Shown: piece by piece, positions 22,819-56,125 of the stretch | Layout: the number at the start of each line of letters is the position of its first letter | Position numbering within the stretch: the first letter of the stretch is position 1 | Source: the human T2T-CHM13v2.0 reference genome, Homo sapiens | Strand: one strand, 5' to 3' | DNA: 64,000 nt | NCBI RefSeq assembly: GCF_009914755.1 | Contig: NC_060929.1 | Position numbers and translations under genes: made by a program | Notes under the pieces: model-generated | Told to the model about the DNA's origin: nothing | Seen by the model: the letters and a program-made list of their open reading frames with translations, nothing else | The model's database searches: none

Positions 22819-22989
22819 TTTTAATTTACATTTTAGCCTTCCGGTTACTGGAATCTTTGATGGGGAATGAGTTATAGTGAGGCAAGAGCCTCTAACATTC
22901 TAGGAGCTCTTTTCCCGTTCGGGGCCTCAATTTCCCGTTCTACAAAGGCGGGTGGGAGGGAACGGGGTCCCAAGTAGTACTGGATAAAG

Positions 22990-23860
22990 AGGTGGCCGAT
23001 CGCAAACGCTGAGCACTTCAAAACTCTGGGCAGAGCGCTTCCGCGCCTCTCCTGCTATTTCACCCTGGCCACATGCTAGCCGCCGAGGCCGGTCATCCGC
23101 TCTCTCCGCGGAGGAGTCAACGCCACGGAAGCAGCGGCGGAACCTCTCTAAGAATCCTTCCAGCTTGTGCTCTTCTGTCCAGGGCAGCCAATCGCGAGGA
23201 GGAGAGTAGTCAGAGGGCGGCACCCTCCCCGGTCTGGGCCGAGTTATTGGCTGGTGGTAGCGTCGCTCGCCCGGCAGTACCACGTGACGGCCTCGGCCGC
23301 GGGCGTTTACACTGGCTCTGCCTCCGGCATCTCTTCGCCGGTGCGTCCTCGCCGCGCCCGTAGGTCCCGGCAGCCGGGCCCCGCCTCCTTCGGAGTCCGA
23401 GCGATGGGCGGGGAAAGGGACAGGCAGGTATAGCTCTGTCGGCGCCGCGGTGTCCACCTCAGTCAGGCCACGGTGGAAGACGCGTGCCGCGGCGCCTGGT
23501 TGCCTGCAGCGGCCCGGACCCGAGAGGTGAGAAGAGGGAAGCGGACCAGGGAAGAGGGAGGGAGCGGTGCTGGCCGCCAAGCGGTCAGCGGGCCCCTCCC
23601 AGAGTCATTCTGCCTGGGTCCCCGCGCGGTAGAATCCCAGATCAGGGGTCGCCGCCGTGGAGCGGGGCGTGCGTCAGGTTATTTCCCGGGTGGTCCGGGG
23701 CCGGGCGAGTGGCACTGCACCCTGGTGATCCGGGCCTGCCCGTCTGGCTGGCGGCTGCCCACCCGCCCTCCATCCCGCGTATCTCGCCGTATCTCGCCGG
23801 GTGCCACGCACTCCGCTGCTTTTCCAGTCCTCGTTGATCCGTCTCGAACCTAGATATCTG
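22990..23860. promoter_or_regulatory. SLC26A2: SLC26A2 CpG-island promoter
   Basis: Very CpG- and GC-rich; CCAAT at 23188-23192, inverted CCAAT (ATTGG) at 23246-23250, E-box CACGTGAC at 23281-23288, GC boxes. Confidence 0.9.
23300..23526 (+). other. SLC26A2: SLC26A2 non-coding exon 1 (5' boundary approximate)
   Basis: Donor GAG|GTGAGA with GT at 23527-23528; exon 2 has exactly 25 nt before the ATG, consistent with this being the known c.-26 donor (T23528 = c.-26+2, wild type here). Confidence 0.8.
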
Positions 23861-24889
23861 GAATAGGGATCGAGGAGATAGGAGCCACCACCACCTCGGA
23901 CAGATGGGGAAACTGAGGCCGGCACAGGCGAGACGGCTTGGTTATCTTGGTTATTAAAAATCACACACCCGATTAAGTACAAAATCAGGACCTGTTCTTT
24001 CGGACTCACACACTAAGTTGGTATTATTTCACTGGATGGATGGAAACACTGAGAAGACAGAGAGGGCCCAGAGCCTTGCCTAAAAATACACAGCAAGTCT
24101 TTTGCAGAGCTAGGACTTGTACCCAGCTCTCCAAACTCATAGACTATCAGCCTGGGCTCCTTCCTTGCACAGATTGGGGATCACAGTGAGTTAGAAACAT
24201 TCAGAACTTAAATTGCCTTCCGGCGCCCATTCTAGTTAACCTGTCTTTTCTCCTTGTCCCCAACAGTTCTTTATGTGAAATCTACAACTAATGTGATATG
24301 CAATACTAGATTAAGCAGAACTTTTTGTTTTTGAAAATTGAATCAATAAGAAATGGAGGGCCAAAGCTGTGGGAAAGGAATGGACCCTTTAAAATCAGGA
24401 ATCTCAAGGCAGGATATAGCAAGGGACAGAGACTAATAGCTGTCGTTTATTGAGTAAATGCTATGTGCCAGGCACTGTGGTAGGTAGTTGTGTTAGCCTT
24501 ACAAACCAGCAAGTTAGGTAATGTTACCCCATTTTACAGGTCAGAAATTGATGCTGAGTACAGTGAAGTTTTACAAAACCATTGCCATATGACTGCTGAG
24601 CAGTATAGCTGGGATCTGAACAGAGATCTGTTTGACTTCCAGAACACATCCAGTGATTCTCCAAGTGTGGTCCTAAGCTCACTCGTTCAGCATCATCTAG
24701 CGTGTGGAGTCCTGGATCTCATCCTTGGATTTGCAGGGATGGTCCTAAGAAGCTAACGGCTCTCTGTATTTGACAATTATTGTACTGTAATGTGCTGCCT
24801 CCTAGGGGAAGATCTAGAGGTGAACATACTCTGGGCTAGGGGTAATTTTTGAGGGAAAAAAATCACTTTTTTTTAATTTCTGATTTGAC

Positions 24890-28802
<3,913 letters not shown>

Positions 28803-29089
28803 TAGCTCTAAAGTCCTGTAATTCAGGAAAACTACCACTTAATGATTTGATCATTTAGTTTGAACTGTCTCATGGTTGGGACAGAGGGTTATGACTTGCC
28901 TGGAGTCCAGGGCTCCTGACAACAGGTTACTTTTTCTACTGACCCTCACTGCCTATGGTTTTAGATTGTGTTATGTGTTAAAAGCAGTTACTTAAACACA
29001 CATACACAAACATGCATATCACACCATATTTACAACAGGTTGTGAAGCTCAGTTTTAAATGGCCTAGATTTCTTAGGAAAATCCCAGTA

Positions 29090-29313
29090 CAGGTTGAGTA
29101 TCCCTTACCTGAAATGCTTGGGACTGGCAGTGTTTCCAATTTCTGAATTTTTTTTTTTAATATTTGTTTTATACTTACTAGTTGAGCATCTCTAATCTGG
29201 AAATCCAAATTGCTCCAGTGAGCATTTCTTTTGAGCATCATGTTGGTGCTCAAAAGTTTCAGATTTTGGTGCATTTTTGATTTTGGATTTTTGAATTAGG
29301 GATACTCAACCTG
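29090..29313. mobile_element. Tigger4a/MER46A-like non-autonomous DNA transposon
   Basis: Perfect 16-bp TIRs CAGGTTGAGTATCCCT / AGGGATACTCAACCTG with TA TSD at both ends. Confidence 0.85.
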
Positions 29314-29769
29314 TATCTGATTAATATGTCATCAAATCTATCCAATGAAGCTGTCATATTTTAAAACTAAATATAACTGTTTTTAGAAAAATATTACAAA
29401 AAGAAATAAAACCTTGCTTAGATACTTCCTCCCAAAGTTGTGTGTGTCTGGGGACTTAAGAAATACATTTCCCAAGGCTGCGTATCCAGAGTATTGGAAC
29501 ATTCAGTGACGATTTCTTAGGAATTGAAATATAAACTGCAATTGAAAACAAAATGACTTAGCTGGGCACAGCGGCGTGTGTCCATAATACCAGCTAATCT
29601 GGAAGCTGAAGTGGGGGATTGTTTGAGGCCAGGAGTTCAAGGCTGCAGTGAACTATGATCATGCCACTGCACTCCAGTCTGAGCAACAGAGTGAGACTGT
29701 GTCTCTTAAAGAAAAGAAAAAGAAAATTATGTAACAGGTTATATTCAAGCTACTCTTTTCCCCTTCAGA

Positions 29770-30935
29770 TAAGAATTAGACTTTATAGCTTTATTGTAGT
29801 ATAATTGACATACAATAAGCTGTACATATTTCAAAGGTACTCTCTCTATATATATACATAAAACTGTCACCACAATCAAGATAGTGAACATATCCATCAA
29901 TCCCCAAAATCTCCTCATGCCCCTTTGTAATCTCTCTCTCCTACCCCACCTTACTTCCTATCCCGAAATAGCCACTGATTTACTTTCTGTCACTATAAAT
30001 TAGTATAAACTTTTTTTCTTTCTTTCTTTTGGTGGAGGTGTCAGGAAATGAACTTGAGGACTGATTAGTTTGCATTTTGTAAAGTTTTTGTCCCTGAAAT
30101 CTCCTTCATCTAATATTAATGTAGTGTACAATGCAGTGGCATGAAGTACGTGCACAATGGTGTGTAACCATTACTACTATTTATTTCCAAAACTTGAAAT
30201 GGAAACTCTGTAACCAGTAACACCACTTCCCCCAGTACCCAGTAAACTCTATTTTCTTTCTCTATGTATATGCCTATTCTCTCTCTCTCTGTGTATATAT
30301 ATATTTTTGTTGTTGTTGTTGTTATTCTGTCACCTGGGCTAGAGTGCAGTGGCATGATCATAGCTCACTTCAACCTTGACCTCCTTGGCTCAAGCAATCC
30401 TCCCTCCTCAGCCTCCCAAAGTGCTGGGATTATAAGCATGAGCCACCCTGCCTGGCCCATTTTGCCTTTTCTAGATATTTTGTATAGGTAGAATCATACA
30501 ATACTTGTCCTTTTGTGTCCTTTTTTTTTTTTTAGATCCAGCTCTTTTTTTTTATTTTTTATTTGTTTGCATCGTGTCTGTCTTTTGCTTAACATAAGGG
30601 TGTTAAGTTTCCTCCATGTTGTAGATGAAGAGTATCAGAACTTAATTCCTTTTTAATAGTCAAATAATATTCCATTTTATGGTTATACCATGCTTTATCT
30701 GTTCATCTGTTGATGGACACTTGGATTGTTTTCACCTTCTGGCTATTGTAAATAGTGCTGTTATGAACATTAGTATACAAATATCTGTTCGAGTTACAGT
30801 TTTTAGTCCTTTGAGTATAAGCGGAATTACTAGGTCATATAGCAGTGCTGTGTTTAACTTTTTGAGGAACCACCAAACTGTTTTTCACAGTGTTGGCACC
30901 ATTTTACATTTCTACCAGCAATGTATCAAATGTAT
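29770..30935 (-). mobile_element. Fragmented L1MB-like 3' region with Alu monomer at about 30320-30456
   Basis: L1 3'UTR/ORF2-end text (GATGGACACTTGGATTGTTTTCACCTT...GAGGAACCACCAAACTGTTTTTCACAG). Confidence 0.65.
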
Positions 30936-30942
30936 CAGCTGT

Positions 30943-38736
<7,794 letters not shown>

Positions 38737-40096
38737 TCACAAATGTTTGTTCATTTGTTCATTCATTCATTCAAATGTTTTGTAAGCCTGCTATCTCAGC
38801 GTTACTACATTCCATTCAGATTACACTGATGAACAAGATGTCTTTCCTCCAGGAGCTAGAGAGATTCCTACTTCACTAATACAAGAGTGTGGTTAGTACT
38901 CTAATGGAGGTGCAACATGCTATGGGACACAGAGGGTGTAGTATTTCATTTGGGCTAGGGGAGATTGGTTAGTGCTTTCTGGAAAAGGTAGCATTGTAAC
39001 TGGGTTTTAAAAAATTATTAGGATCTTGACAGGCAAAGAGGTGGATGGCCATTCTAAGCTAAGTAAACAGCTTATGTAAAGGCACTAATTCATGAAGCAT
39101 TTGGTAAACAATTTATGTTCTATTCCTTTGAGAGCCTGGTTCATTTTCTTCTCTTACTCCGGTTATTAGACTTACTATTTGTTGTTGTCCTTTCTCTTTT
39201 TCTGGCTATTTTTACCTCCTTTGTTTTCCTATAGTTCCTCATGGTAGATCTTATGGCATTAGTTTTATAGTCTAGGACACAGAGATGAAGGATCACCTGT
39301 ATTGCCTCCAAGTGGAAGTGCAGGGCAACATTATTTCTCTATTTAACCTGTGTTTCAGTGTGTGTACTTAGAATAGTAAAGTGAATCTTGCATGAATGTA
39401 GGCCCTGCCCACAGGGCAGATGACTCCATACTAGAACATAGTGGAATAGACAAAAACCTTCTACAGCATGTATGAGACACTTGGCCCATCGACCCTCTTC
39501 ATGCCCTTTACATTCAGCACCCTCATATTGACTTCTCTCTCCTCTTTCCTACCAAGCAAGGGAGTACTGTTCAAAGACGCAAATGCATTCTGCCCTAGTT
39601 TCTTTTTATTGCTAAAAACATTTATCTTTACCCTACAACCTACTTTTCTATTTATTTTCAACATTTAGCAGGTTGTTTAAAAAGGGACCAAAAAATAAAA
39701 CAGGACCATCTTCCTTGTTTCAGGGACTGGTAGGCAGGCATTAAGGTTAAGGTAGGGGTTAAGACCAGATCCTATTTTGCAGTCTGCCTGGGAGGTGAAA
39801 AACCTGGGAAGAAGACCGCTGGTAGCATATGTATGGAAAGGAGACAGGCTGCCCTTACATCTTTTCAGGAGGAAAAACTGCCAGGGGGAGCCAGGCATAT
39901 ATGGAGAAGAATCCTTAATGGTTTATACTCTTGGGAAGTCCTGTACCCAGCCAGTTATTTGCTTTGACTTGGCTGTTTAAGGTCTGGTTCTGGTCTTTTT
40001 TTTTCCCCCTAACCAAGACAAATGAGGCTCAATTAAGGAAAAGGGACATAAGATACCTATTCCAAAACTGAATTCCTTTTAACTCTCATGAAATGA

Positions 40097-40924
<828 letters not shown>

Positions 40925-41236
40925 TAGAAAAGTAATCTAGTACATGAAATCTCATATCTCTAAGGGATCTGAGGAATCACAATAATTAAAGGTATCATTT
41001 ATTGAGAGTTCAGGATATATGAAGGGTAGAGGCAAAATTCAAACCCTAACCTGACTCCACAGGTAATATAAGGCTGGTTCACTGGACCTCCACCACCCAG
41101 TACAACTCCTTAATTTTACATGTCAGAAAATCTTGGCTTTGCTTGAGATTATTTGTGGCTGGTTATTGGCAGAGTCAGCATTAGCAGTTAGGCAAGTGGG
41201 TAACAGAATGGAGTTGAGAGTGCAGGAGTTTCTCAC

Positions 41237-42085
<849 letters not shown>

Positions 42086-42781
42086 CAACTTTTGCCTTTT
42101 TGTTAGTATGTCCCACCAAGAAGGAAGAAGGCATAACAATTCTGAAAACTTATTAGACAGAGGAAAATATAAAGAAGTAAAAATGCAGAATTTTTATTAA
42201 TATGGGAGACAGTGTGGCATAAGTACATATATACTGCATGAGAATGGTTTCTTAGTATGAGGTTAAAGATAATCTACAATAATTTTTAAAGTGTGATTCT
42301 ACTTTGATGTAAATCTAATTTTTTGTTTTACCAATTAAAACTTCACTTGTACACTTGCTCTTAGCCAAGAGGCTGAGAAGCCGTAAGACTTCACTTTTAC
42401 AGTAGTGATTTGTAATTTAAGGAAAATACTTGGTTTCTTAACTAGAATAATTTTTTCCAATTTGAAGTTTTCTTGTGGATCCTTGAGAATGTTTTTCTTT
42501 TAAAAGAGGTCTGTTCTTTGTGATGGGAAGAATGAAAAAAAAAAGAGGTATGAACCTTATTCAAGTTTAAGAAACGTATGAAAAGAAAGAAATCCAAAGT
42601 TCCTGTCTCACCTGGGTTAATAAGTAACAGTGTGACCTTGGGCAAGTTGCTTAGCCCTTTAAACATAATTTTCATCTTTGTAAAATGAGAAGATTGATAT
42701 ATGATTGTGTTTATTCTAGCTCTGACATTCTGTGATGCTCTGATGATATGTCTCCATGCAAGAAATGTCAGGATAATATAA

Positions 42782-44356
<1,575 letters not shown>

Positions 44357-46125
44357 TTGAGAAGGTAGATAGAAGAATGTCTAGCCAATAGGTTAAAATT
44401 TCAAGTGTCCAACATTTCCCAGTTCCACAGTGGGAAATTTTGCACACTTGAAATTTTAACCAAGTGGCTAGATATTATTCCTCCTTTGAAGCTAATGGCA
44501 TTTGTATATACACACTGCAGCAGAGCTTGTAGCTGGACAGAGTCAAAAAGAAGAAAATACGGTTTCAGGCTTTCTTGCAGATATGAAGTATTCTTGGAAT
44601 GCAATAAGTATGTATTGAACTGTACTGTAAAGTAGCTCCAAAACTTAATTACTCTCCTGTTTTAGGGGTTATACATTTGGACTGTGCATTCTCCAAGAGA
44701 TGAAGCGGTGAAGTTGGGATTTACATTGGAAGTGCTGTAGACTTCTTTATGTGGCTCAGTGGAGAGAGGGAAAGAATGTTGCACCTGCTCTAGTACCATA
44801 GGTCAAGAGGCTTCTGGATCACAAAGTCATAACTAGACAGGTTTGTTCTTGTAGTTTTCTATCCCCAGTCTTTGCTCCCCAGATGGCAGTAGTTTTTAGT
44901 AGGAAAGTGCCATTCCTGTCCTTAAGGCACAGTCTCATCAGAAGTCTAATACCTGGGCAGGTTTATAACATCCTGAGAGCCAGCCTGACATTAGACAGAA
45001 TACCCTTTGTAATACATTGGAAATTTTTACTCATGCCTTTTTGTTTAGGATAAATAGGTAAGCACAAAGAGCTCTTCAAAATCAGAAAAAACAATAGGAG
45101 TCCTTCCTTGTCTTTTCTGTGATCTCTGTCCTTGTTTCTGAGACTTTCTCTACCATTAAGCTCTATTTTAGCTTTCAGTTATTCTAGTTTGTTTCCCATG
45201 GAATCTGTCCTAAACTGGTGTTTTTGTCAGTGACAGTCTTGCCAGTCAGCAATTTCTAACAGCATTTTAAATGAGTTTGATGTACAGTAAATATTGATGA
45301 CAATGACAGCTTTTAACTCTTCAAGTCACCTAAAGCTATTATGCAGGAGGATTTAGAAGTCACATTCATAAAACCCAAGTGCTATGGGTGTATTATTCAT
45401 GATAGCTGGCCCACAGGTCATGAATTGAGGAGGAATTTGCTTTCAAAAAGCAAGAATGTCCAACACTGAAAGTTTATAGTTTTATATTTGGACCTTGAAA
45501 GGTAAGAAAAAACCAGGTTCTCCAAAGTTAGGAATAGGGAACTAATTTATGAAACAGCCATCTTAAAAAAAAAAAAAGTAAACTGCAAAAGTACAAAATC
45601 ATTTTTCAATCTGTTCCCAGTTTCTAAACAATTTTAAATATTTATGAGAAGCAAACCCTATGTGTAGGGCATCTGTTGGAGTGGGATGCTTTTAGACATA
45701 TATTAAGTATGTACATGTTTAATATGTATATTTAAAATGCATATATATTTTATTATATCTATATTATCCTATATAGATATATGTAACTTAGCTTTATTGT
45801 TAGCTCCATAAGCTGCCAGTGTTGCTTTTCTGTTGGTAGAGCTCTCCCATTTGGTGACATGGAAAATACCTTTCCATTATCACAACAAAGCAGTTGCTCA
45901 GTAGAAAGTCTAGATTTCTGTCTTATAGGTGATTTCTGTCTTATAGGTGATTATAATCAAGTGTAGGCTTCCTGAATTTTGACATCCTTTTAGAACTTGG
46001 GTCTGGAATTCCAGAAATGTTAATTGCTGCTTGTATTTGTTCTTGTTTGTTTTTTAGCCAGTATTTGCCCTTTCTATCCAGCCTTATGAATAATAGCAGT
46101 AAAATCACAGTATCTTGGTCAGTCT

Positions 46126-46419
46126 TTATTTTTTTCCTTTTTTCTTTTTTAAGAGACAGTCATCCAGGCCAGAGTGCAGTTTGATGATAGCTTACTGAAG
46201 CTTCCCACTCCTGGGCTCAAGTTATCCTTCCATTTTGGCCTCCTGAGTAGCTAGACCATAGGTATGCATCACCACACCCTGCTAATTTTTTAAATTTTTT
46301 TCTAGAGAGAGGGTCTCACTGTGTTGCCCAGGCTGGTCTCAAACTCCAGGCTCAAGCAATCCTTCAGCCTCAGCCTCCCAGAGTGTTGGGATTACAGGCG
46401 TGAGCCACTGCACTTGGCC
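46126..46419 (-). mobile_element. AluJ-like in SLC26A2 3'UTR, antisense
   Basis: Diverged full dimer. Confidence 0.85.
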
Positions 46420-46920
46420 AAGTTATTTATTTTTAATCTCTCTTGCCCTTCTCCCAAGGCAGGCTTAAGTTGAGACTATTATAGGTGTCTAATAACCTGT
46501 GACAGAGTAATGAGTACATGCTTAAGATGTTATAATTAGCCAACACCAACACAGCAAAAAATATAATTCCAGCCAAAGATTCTGGAAAATCCCTCAGAAG
46601 GAGGGATAACAGGATTTGACCTTTACCAGCGATTTCTGTCCATATGTGGATGTAAACAGTTCTGGAACGTTATGCATGCAGTTAGCGAATCCTTGAATTA
46701 TGTTCTGGTTTGTACTTGTCCCATCCATCCAAACAAGAGATTCTGCTTTTGGTAGCCATCTGTAGAAACATTTAAGATGTCACTAGAATTTACATTTCAT
46801 CCTCTCTACTTGGGTTGAGGTTGCCTATACTTGCATATTGTTAAAATGTTTTGGTTGCTGATATTCAGAGGAATGAAACCTGGAACCAAAGCCTAATTTG
46901 CCGATAAAAAAACTGTTTTC

Positions 46921-47220
<300 letters not shown>

Positions 47221-49920
47221 ACTGTTTTCATTTGCTCTCTTGACCAAAGGATAGGACTTTAGTTCTTTAAGCATTATTTTAAACACTATATTGATACAAA
47301 AATATCTTGCTTACTCTAAACTTTAGAGTCTAAATGAAGCTTTTTCTCAGTACAAGATTCTGAGTATCATAAAATGGTTATTTAATTGAAACGTAGTGTG
47401 GTATACTCTTGATGGTTAGAACTCTTACAGCCTTATTTATTTTTAAGTTTGTTACAGCCAAAGGGTTGGAGTGTGCCAGTGCACAGGTAGACTAAGGAAA
47501 ACATTATAGAGGAGTGAAGAGAACAGACCATTGAAAAGACTATTATCTGACCAGCGGAGGCAGAAAAGAGAGGAACCCAGTTGAATAGGATCCAATCCCT
47601 GGTTAGCCTCTACACAATAATAGGGAGACAAGGATTAGGAGCCATACCTCCCAGAGCAAGGTATCTTTCTAGAGCAAATTTCTCTTTCTAGAAGGGGAGG
47701 GTCACAGGGTCACAGATTCACCAAAGCTGAAAGGGCTGAGGAGCTCATGGTAGCCTGGGTTGACCTACTCTGGAGCACGGTGTCTTCCTTCTAAACTGAG
47801 TGACTGTAGTACTATCTGTGCCTCTGATGGTAATAAAACTGACAAGATGTCTAATTTTTTTTTAAGTAGGACCAAAGGAAAACAAGATTTAGATAGTCTG
47901 ACTTTGCTTTTGAACAACAGACATTGCAAGTCAAAATTGTTGTCAAATTTACATATGGTAAATGATGAACTTTAAAAATGTGTCCAGGTGTTAGATGAGT
48001 TCATTAGACTCTTTTAATGCTAATGGCTAGTACGTTTAAACAAAACAGCAGTTCTCTGCTGCAATATTCCCATTGACCACTTAAATGACCATAAGTGGTC
48101 ATTTAAGAACATGTTAGGGTTAGCCCTGATCTGAATATAAAAGTGAGAAAAGGGCTACAGTGCATTTCTTGGTAACTTAAACTGAGTCTTGAAGTTATAA
48201 TGATCCATTCGAGTTCTGTGATCCTTATTGTTCTTAATTGTGTTTCTCTACGTATTGTTACAGATGAGCCATACGTTTCTTTGTATCAATGTAGACATGA
48301 CTTCAGATACCTCTGAGGACCTACCCAGCAGTCTAGGACCCTGGGCCAAGTGCTGGGACTATGGTACTAAATCCAGTAGATGGGCTGTGTAGCAACTCTC
48401 CCAGGGAACACACTAGGGTACTTAGGGAGGTGCTTTGTGGAGCATGTTGAAGCTTTGAGATCTGAGCAGGAGGCAGTGATGTCCCTGGTCTATTCAGGGA
48501 AAGATTTCAGTGTGAAATGGTAAACATCCAATTGACAGGATTTAGATTTTGCTTAGTTTTTCTGCTTTTTAATGTTTCTATCCCCCATCTCAGTGTTTTC
48601 TTTATCCATCCCAGTGATGCCTTATTTGAAACTGGGCTTAAACTGCAAAAAGAATGAAGTTGGATTTAGGAAGCTGTTAGATCATTGAGTGGTGTTGAGA
48701 GTGAAGTTTCACTAGCAGGGAAGTTTCCTTGAGCCTAAAATAAAAAGAAAAAATTAAAAAGAATCAGTTTTTTTAATTAAAAAAATAGAAAGCTGTTAGG
48801 CTCCTAATTCGTGGGGTTTTTTTTTGTAAAAACAGTTTAGATAATCCTGAATGCAATCATTAACTTGGTTGCTAATTACAAGAATGAAAATTATAATGGA
48901 AAAGGACAAAATAATATACCAGCTGGTTTGTTATTATAGTCCGTGTATTAAAATACTATTGAAATACGTTAAAGGTAAATTTTTAAGGTTTAAAAAAAAT
49001 TTAGTAACTTACAGGGATGGAGAATTTAGATGTCAGAGGTGGGGAGATTTATTTTTATAAGGTAATTTTTATCCTGATAAGGACTTAAAAAAAAGTTTTG
49101 CAACTGAAATTTTAAAGTAAACATGTTAAGTACAGTTAAAAAGTAAGCATTGTAGTAAATAGTGGATTCTCTGGTGTGTATTTTTTATCTCAGTGTTGAA
49201 AATTGGAAAAGAATGGACTGAAGTCTAAAAACTGGAATAATGAAGGACACTAAATGCCTTTATTGTAGATACTATGTTTGTAAGTCTATAGCTAAGCAAC
49301 TTAAGCCAAAAAGGTCTTTCAACTGAAGCTTTAATCAACTTATTTTGGAGATGTTCTCTTCCCTTATCTCATGCGTCATCCCTAAAATAATAAGATACAT
49401 GGGATCAAATAGCCCTTGCCTTTTCAACACAAATCAGTTGGAAAATTATGGTTTGAGTCCTGTTGCTGCCATGGCTTCTGTTTCTCAGAAATGAGTGTGT
49501 ATGAACATACCAATCTATGTAATAGGCTACCTTTTTTTGTCTTCTTTGGAACTTTGTACACAAACCAAGACAATATCAGGGTGACAGGTGAATGAACTTA
49601 AATTCTCAGTCTTGTCTATTCACCAAAAAAGTATACTGCCTGTTTTTTCTTTAATTATTCAAGGTTGATGACTTTTAGGAACATGTTTTATACTGTATTT
49701 TTTAATTAAAGCAAGTGCCTTGATGTAATTCCATGTAAATCATTGCTTAACCCTCTTATGGGATGAGGATGAGTTATTAATGTATTGCAGCCTACTGGAA
49801 AGGAGGGGGAGTTGGTTAATAGCAGATACTTTTCTTCTAGAAGCTTATGTTTTATGCTGTTTATTATGTAAGATCCTGTATGTGTGTTGAGATTTAGAGG
49901 TTTCATTTGTTTTGTCTGCT

Positions 49921-49926
49921 AATAAA
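49921..49926 (+). terminator. SLC26A2: Likely distal SLC26A2 poly(A) signal
   Basis: AATAAA preceded by U-rich/TGTA elements, just before the unique sequence gives way to an Alu cluster. Confidence 0.65.
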
Positions 49927-50032
49927 TTGTTACTCTAATAATACATTACTCTGTATTTAAATTATTTAAGTGCAAGGAGGGTTCTGACTAAAACACATTT
50001 AGGCCCCAGTGAGTTTTAAAATACCATCTGTT

Positions 50033-54551
<4,519 letters not shown>

Positions 54552-56125
54552 AGGGATGTTAAATTTGTTTTTTTAAAAAAGCAAGTTTAAGCACATATTT
54601 ACTGAACATCTACTATATGCAAAGCACTTAGACAAGCCCTTTCATACTAAAGTCTTGTGTGTATAAATGGAAGCCAACAGAAGTCCTGCAATGACTTTTT
54701 GGTGGAGGGACATGGGTTCAACTATAAATAGTATATATTCTATATACTTATCAAATTACATTATATATAATTCATTATCAAAGAACAGAGATTATAACCT
54801 GGATTGGAATTATATTTGAGGCAACTATATTCATGGAAAAATTTTGCAAACCCTTTTAAATGGAATAAAACCCTACCTTATCTCCAAGCCATTTCTAGTA
54901 GAATCAATGCTTAATACAGCTTTAAAAATAAGGTGGCTTCAACACATTGTACGTGTCTATCAATTTATACACAAATGTTTTTTGAAGTGCCTACGATGTG
55001 TCCAGCACAGTCCTAGGCACCATTAAGATTATAAAGGTTGACTGATCCCTGCTGTCATGGAACTTACAGTCTAAAGAGCCAGAGAACATCTAGAAAACAT
55101 CTAAGTATTTGAGTGGTACAGACAAGAAGTTTGGAGAAGATGAGGGGAAAACAGGTGGAGTAGTTGCTGGAGTCTCCAAGAAAGCCTGGAAGAAAGAGGA
55201 TTCCAGTTAGTTCCTGAATGTGTAGGGCCTAGCTTAGTAGAAAACAGGATGAGGCATTTGGGCAAGGCACACAGGCAGAAGTCGGTATGCAGTAAAAGAA
55301 AACAATGGCCTCTTCAGGGAGCATTATGTACACAGAATTGTATCGAGCTAACAAGTTGGAAATGCAGGTTGTAGTCAACTATAGAGGATACTAAAACTCA
55401 GCTGAATAGTTTTTTTTGTAGGCATTTGAAAGCCACTACAGACACTTGGGCAGGGGAAATGGTGTGATGCCAATAGATCAAACAATATGTGCAGAATGGA
55501 CTGCAGGAGAAAGGTGAGGGAAGGAATTAGATACTGTGGCAGTAATCCTGACACGAGAGGATGATGACAGCAATTAAGGAGCTGACAAAGAAATACAACC
55601 ACAGGACTTAGCCAGAAGAGTTTGCCTCTCCCACATGTTAAGAATTTAAAATATGTACAGTACTTTTAATTCAAATGATCATATTAGTTTATTAAAAGAA
55701 AAAATATCCAAAATAAGCTATAAAATAATCTATTTAAACATCTGCTGTTTTTCAGTGATTGTTTTGTTAATGTGGAAGCAACATTTTCTATGATTAATCT
55801 GCTGTTACCTGTTTTGACTGAGCTACTACAAAAAGAAAAATCACTGAATTGCTATGGGTTTCTGAAATATCCAAAAAATTAACCTGAAGCAGGGGGAAAA
55901 ATGACATCACACCATTAGCAGGTATTGTGTGAAACTTCTAAAAATGAAACTGACATTTATCTGACTTATTAGGAATAAATACTCTCTAATGAACTCTCTA
56001 ATGATCCTCTCACCCTTTCTGGAAAGTGAGAGGCACGCTGGGCTGTATGTTCTCCCCCATGATTCTGATTAACAGGATGCTCTATTATTATAACCTCCCT
56101 CCCTGGTTGTATCCATGTCTTATTA

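Noticed and set aside
22927-23853. 217-aa antisense and other ORFs over the SLC26A2 CpG island
   Set aside because: Low-complexity R/P/G/A composition expected from GC-rich DNA; non-ATG starts; no recognisable domain
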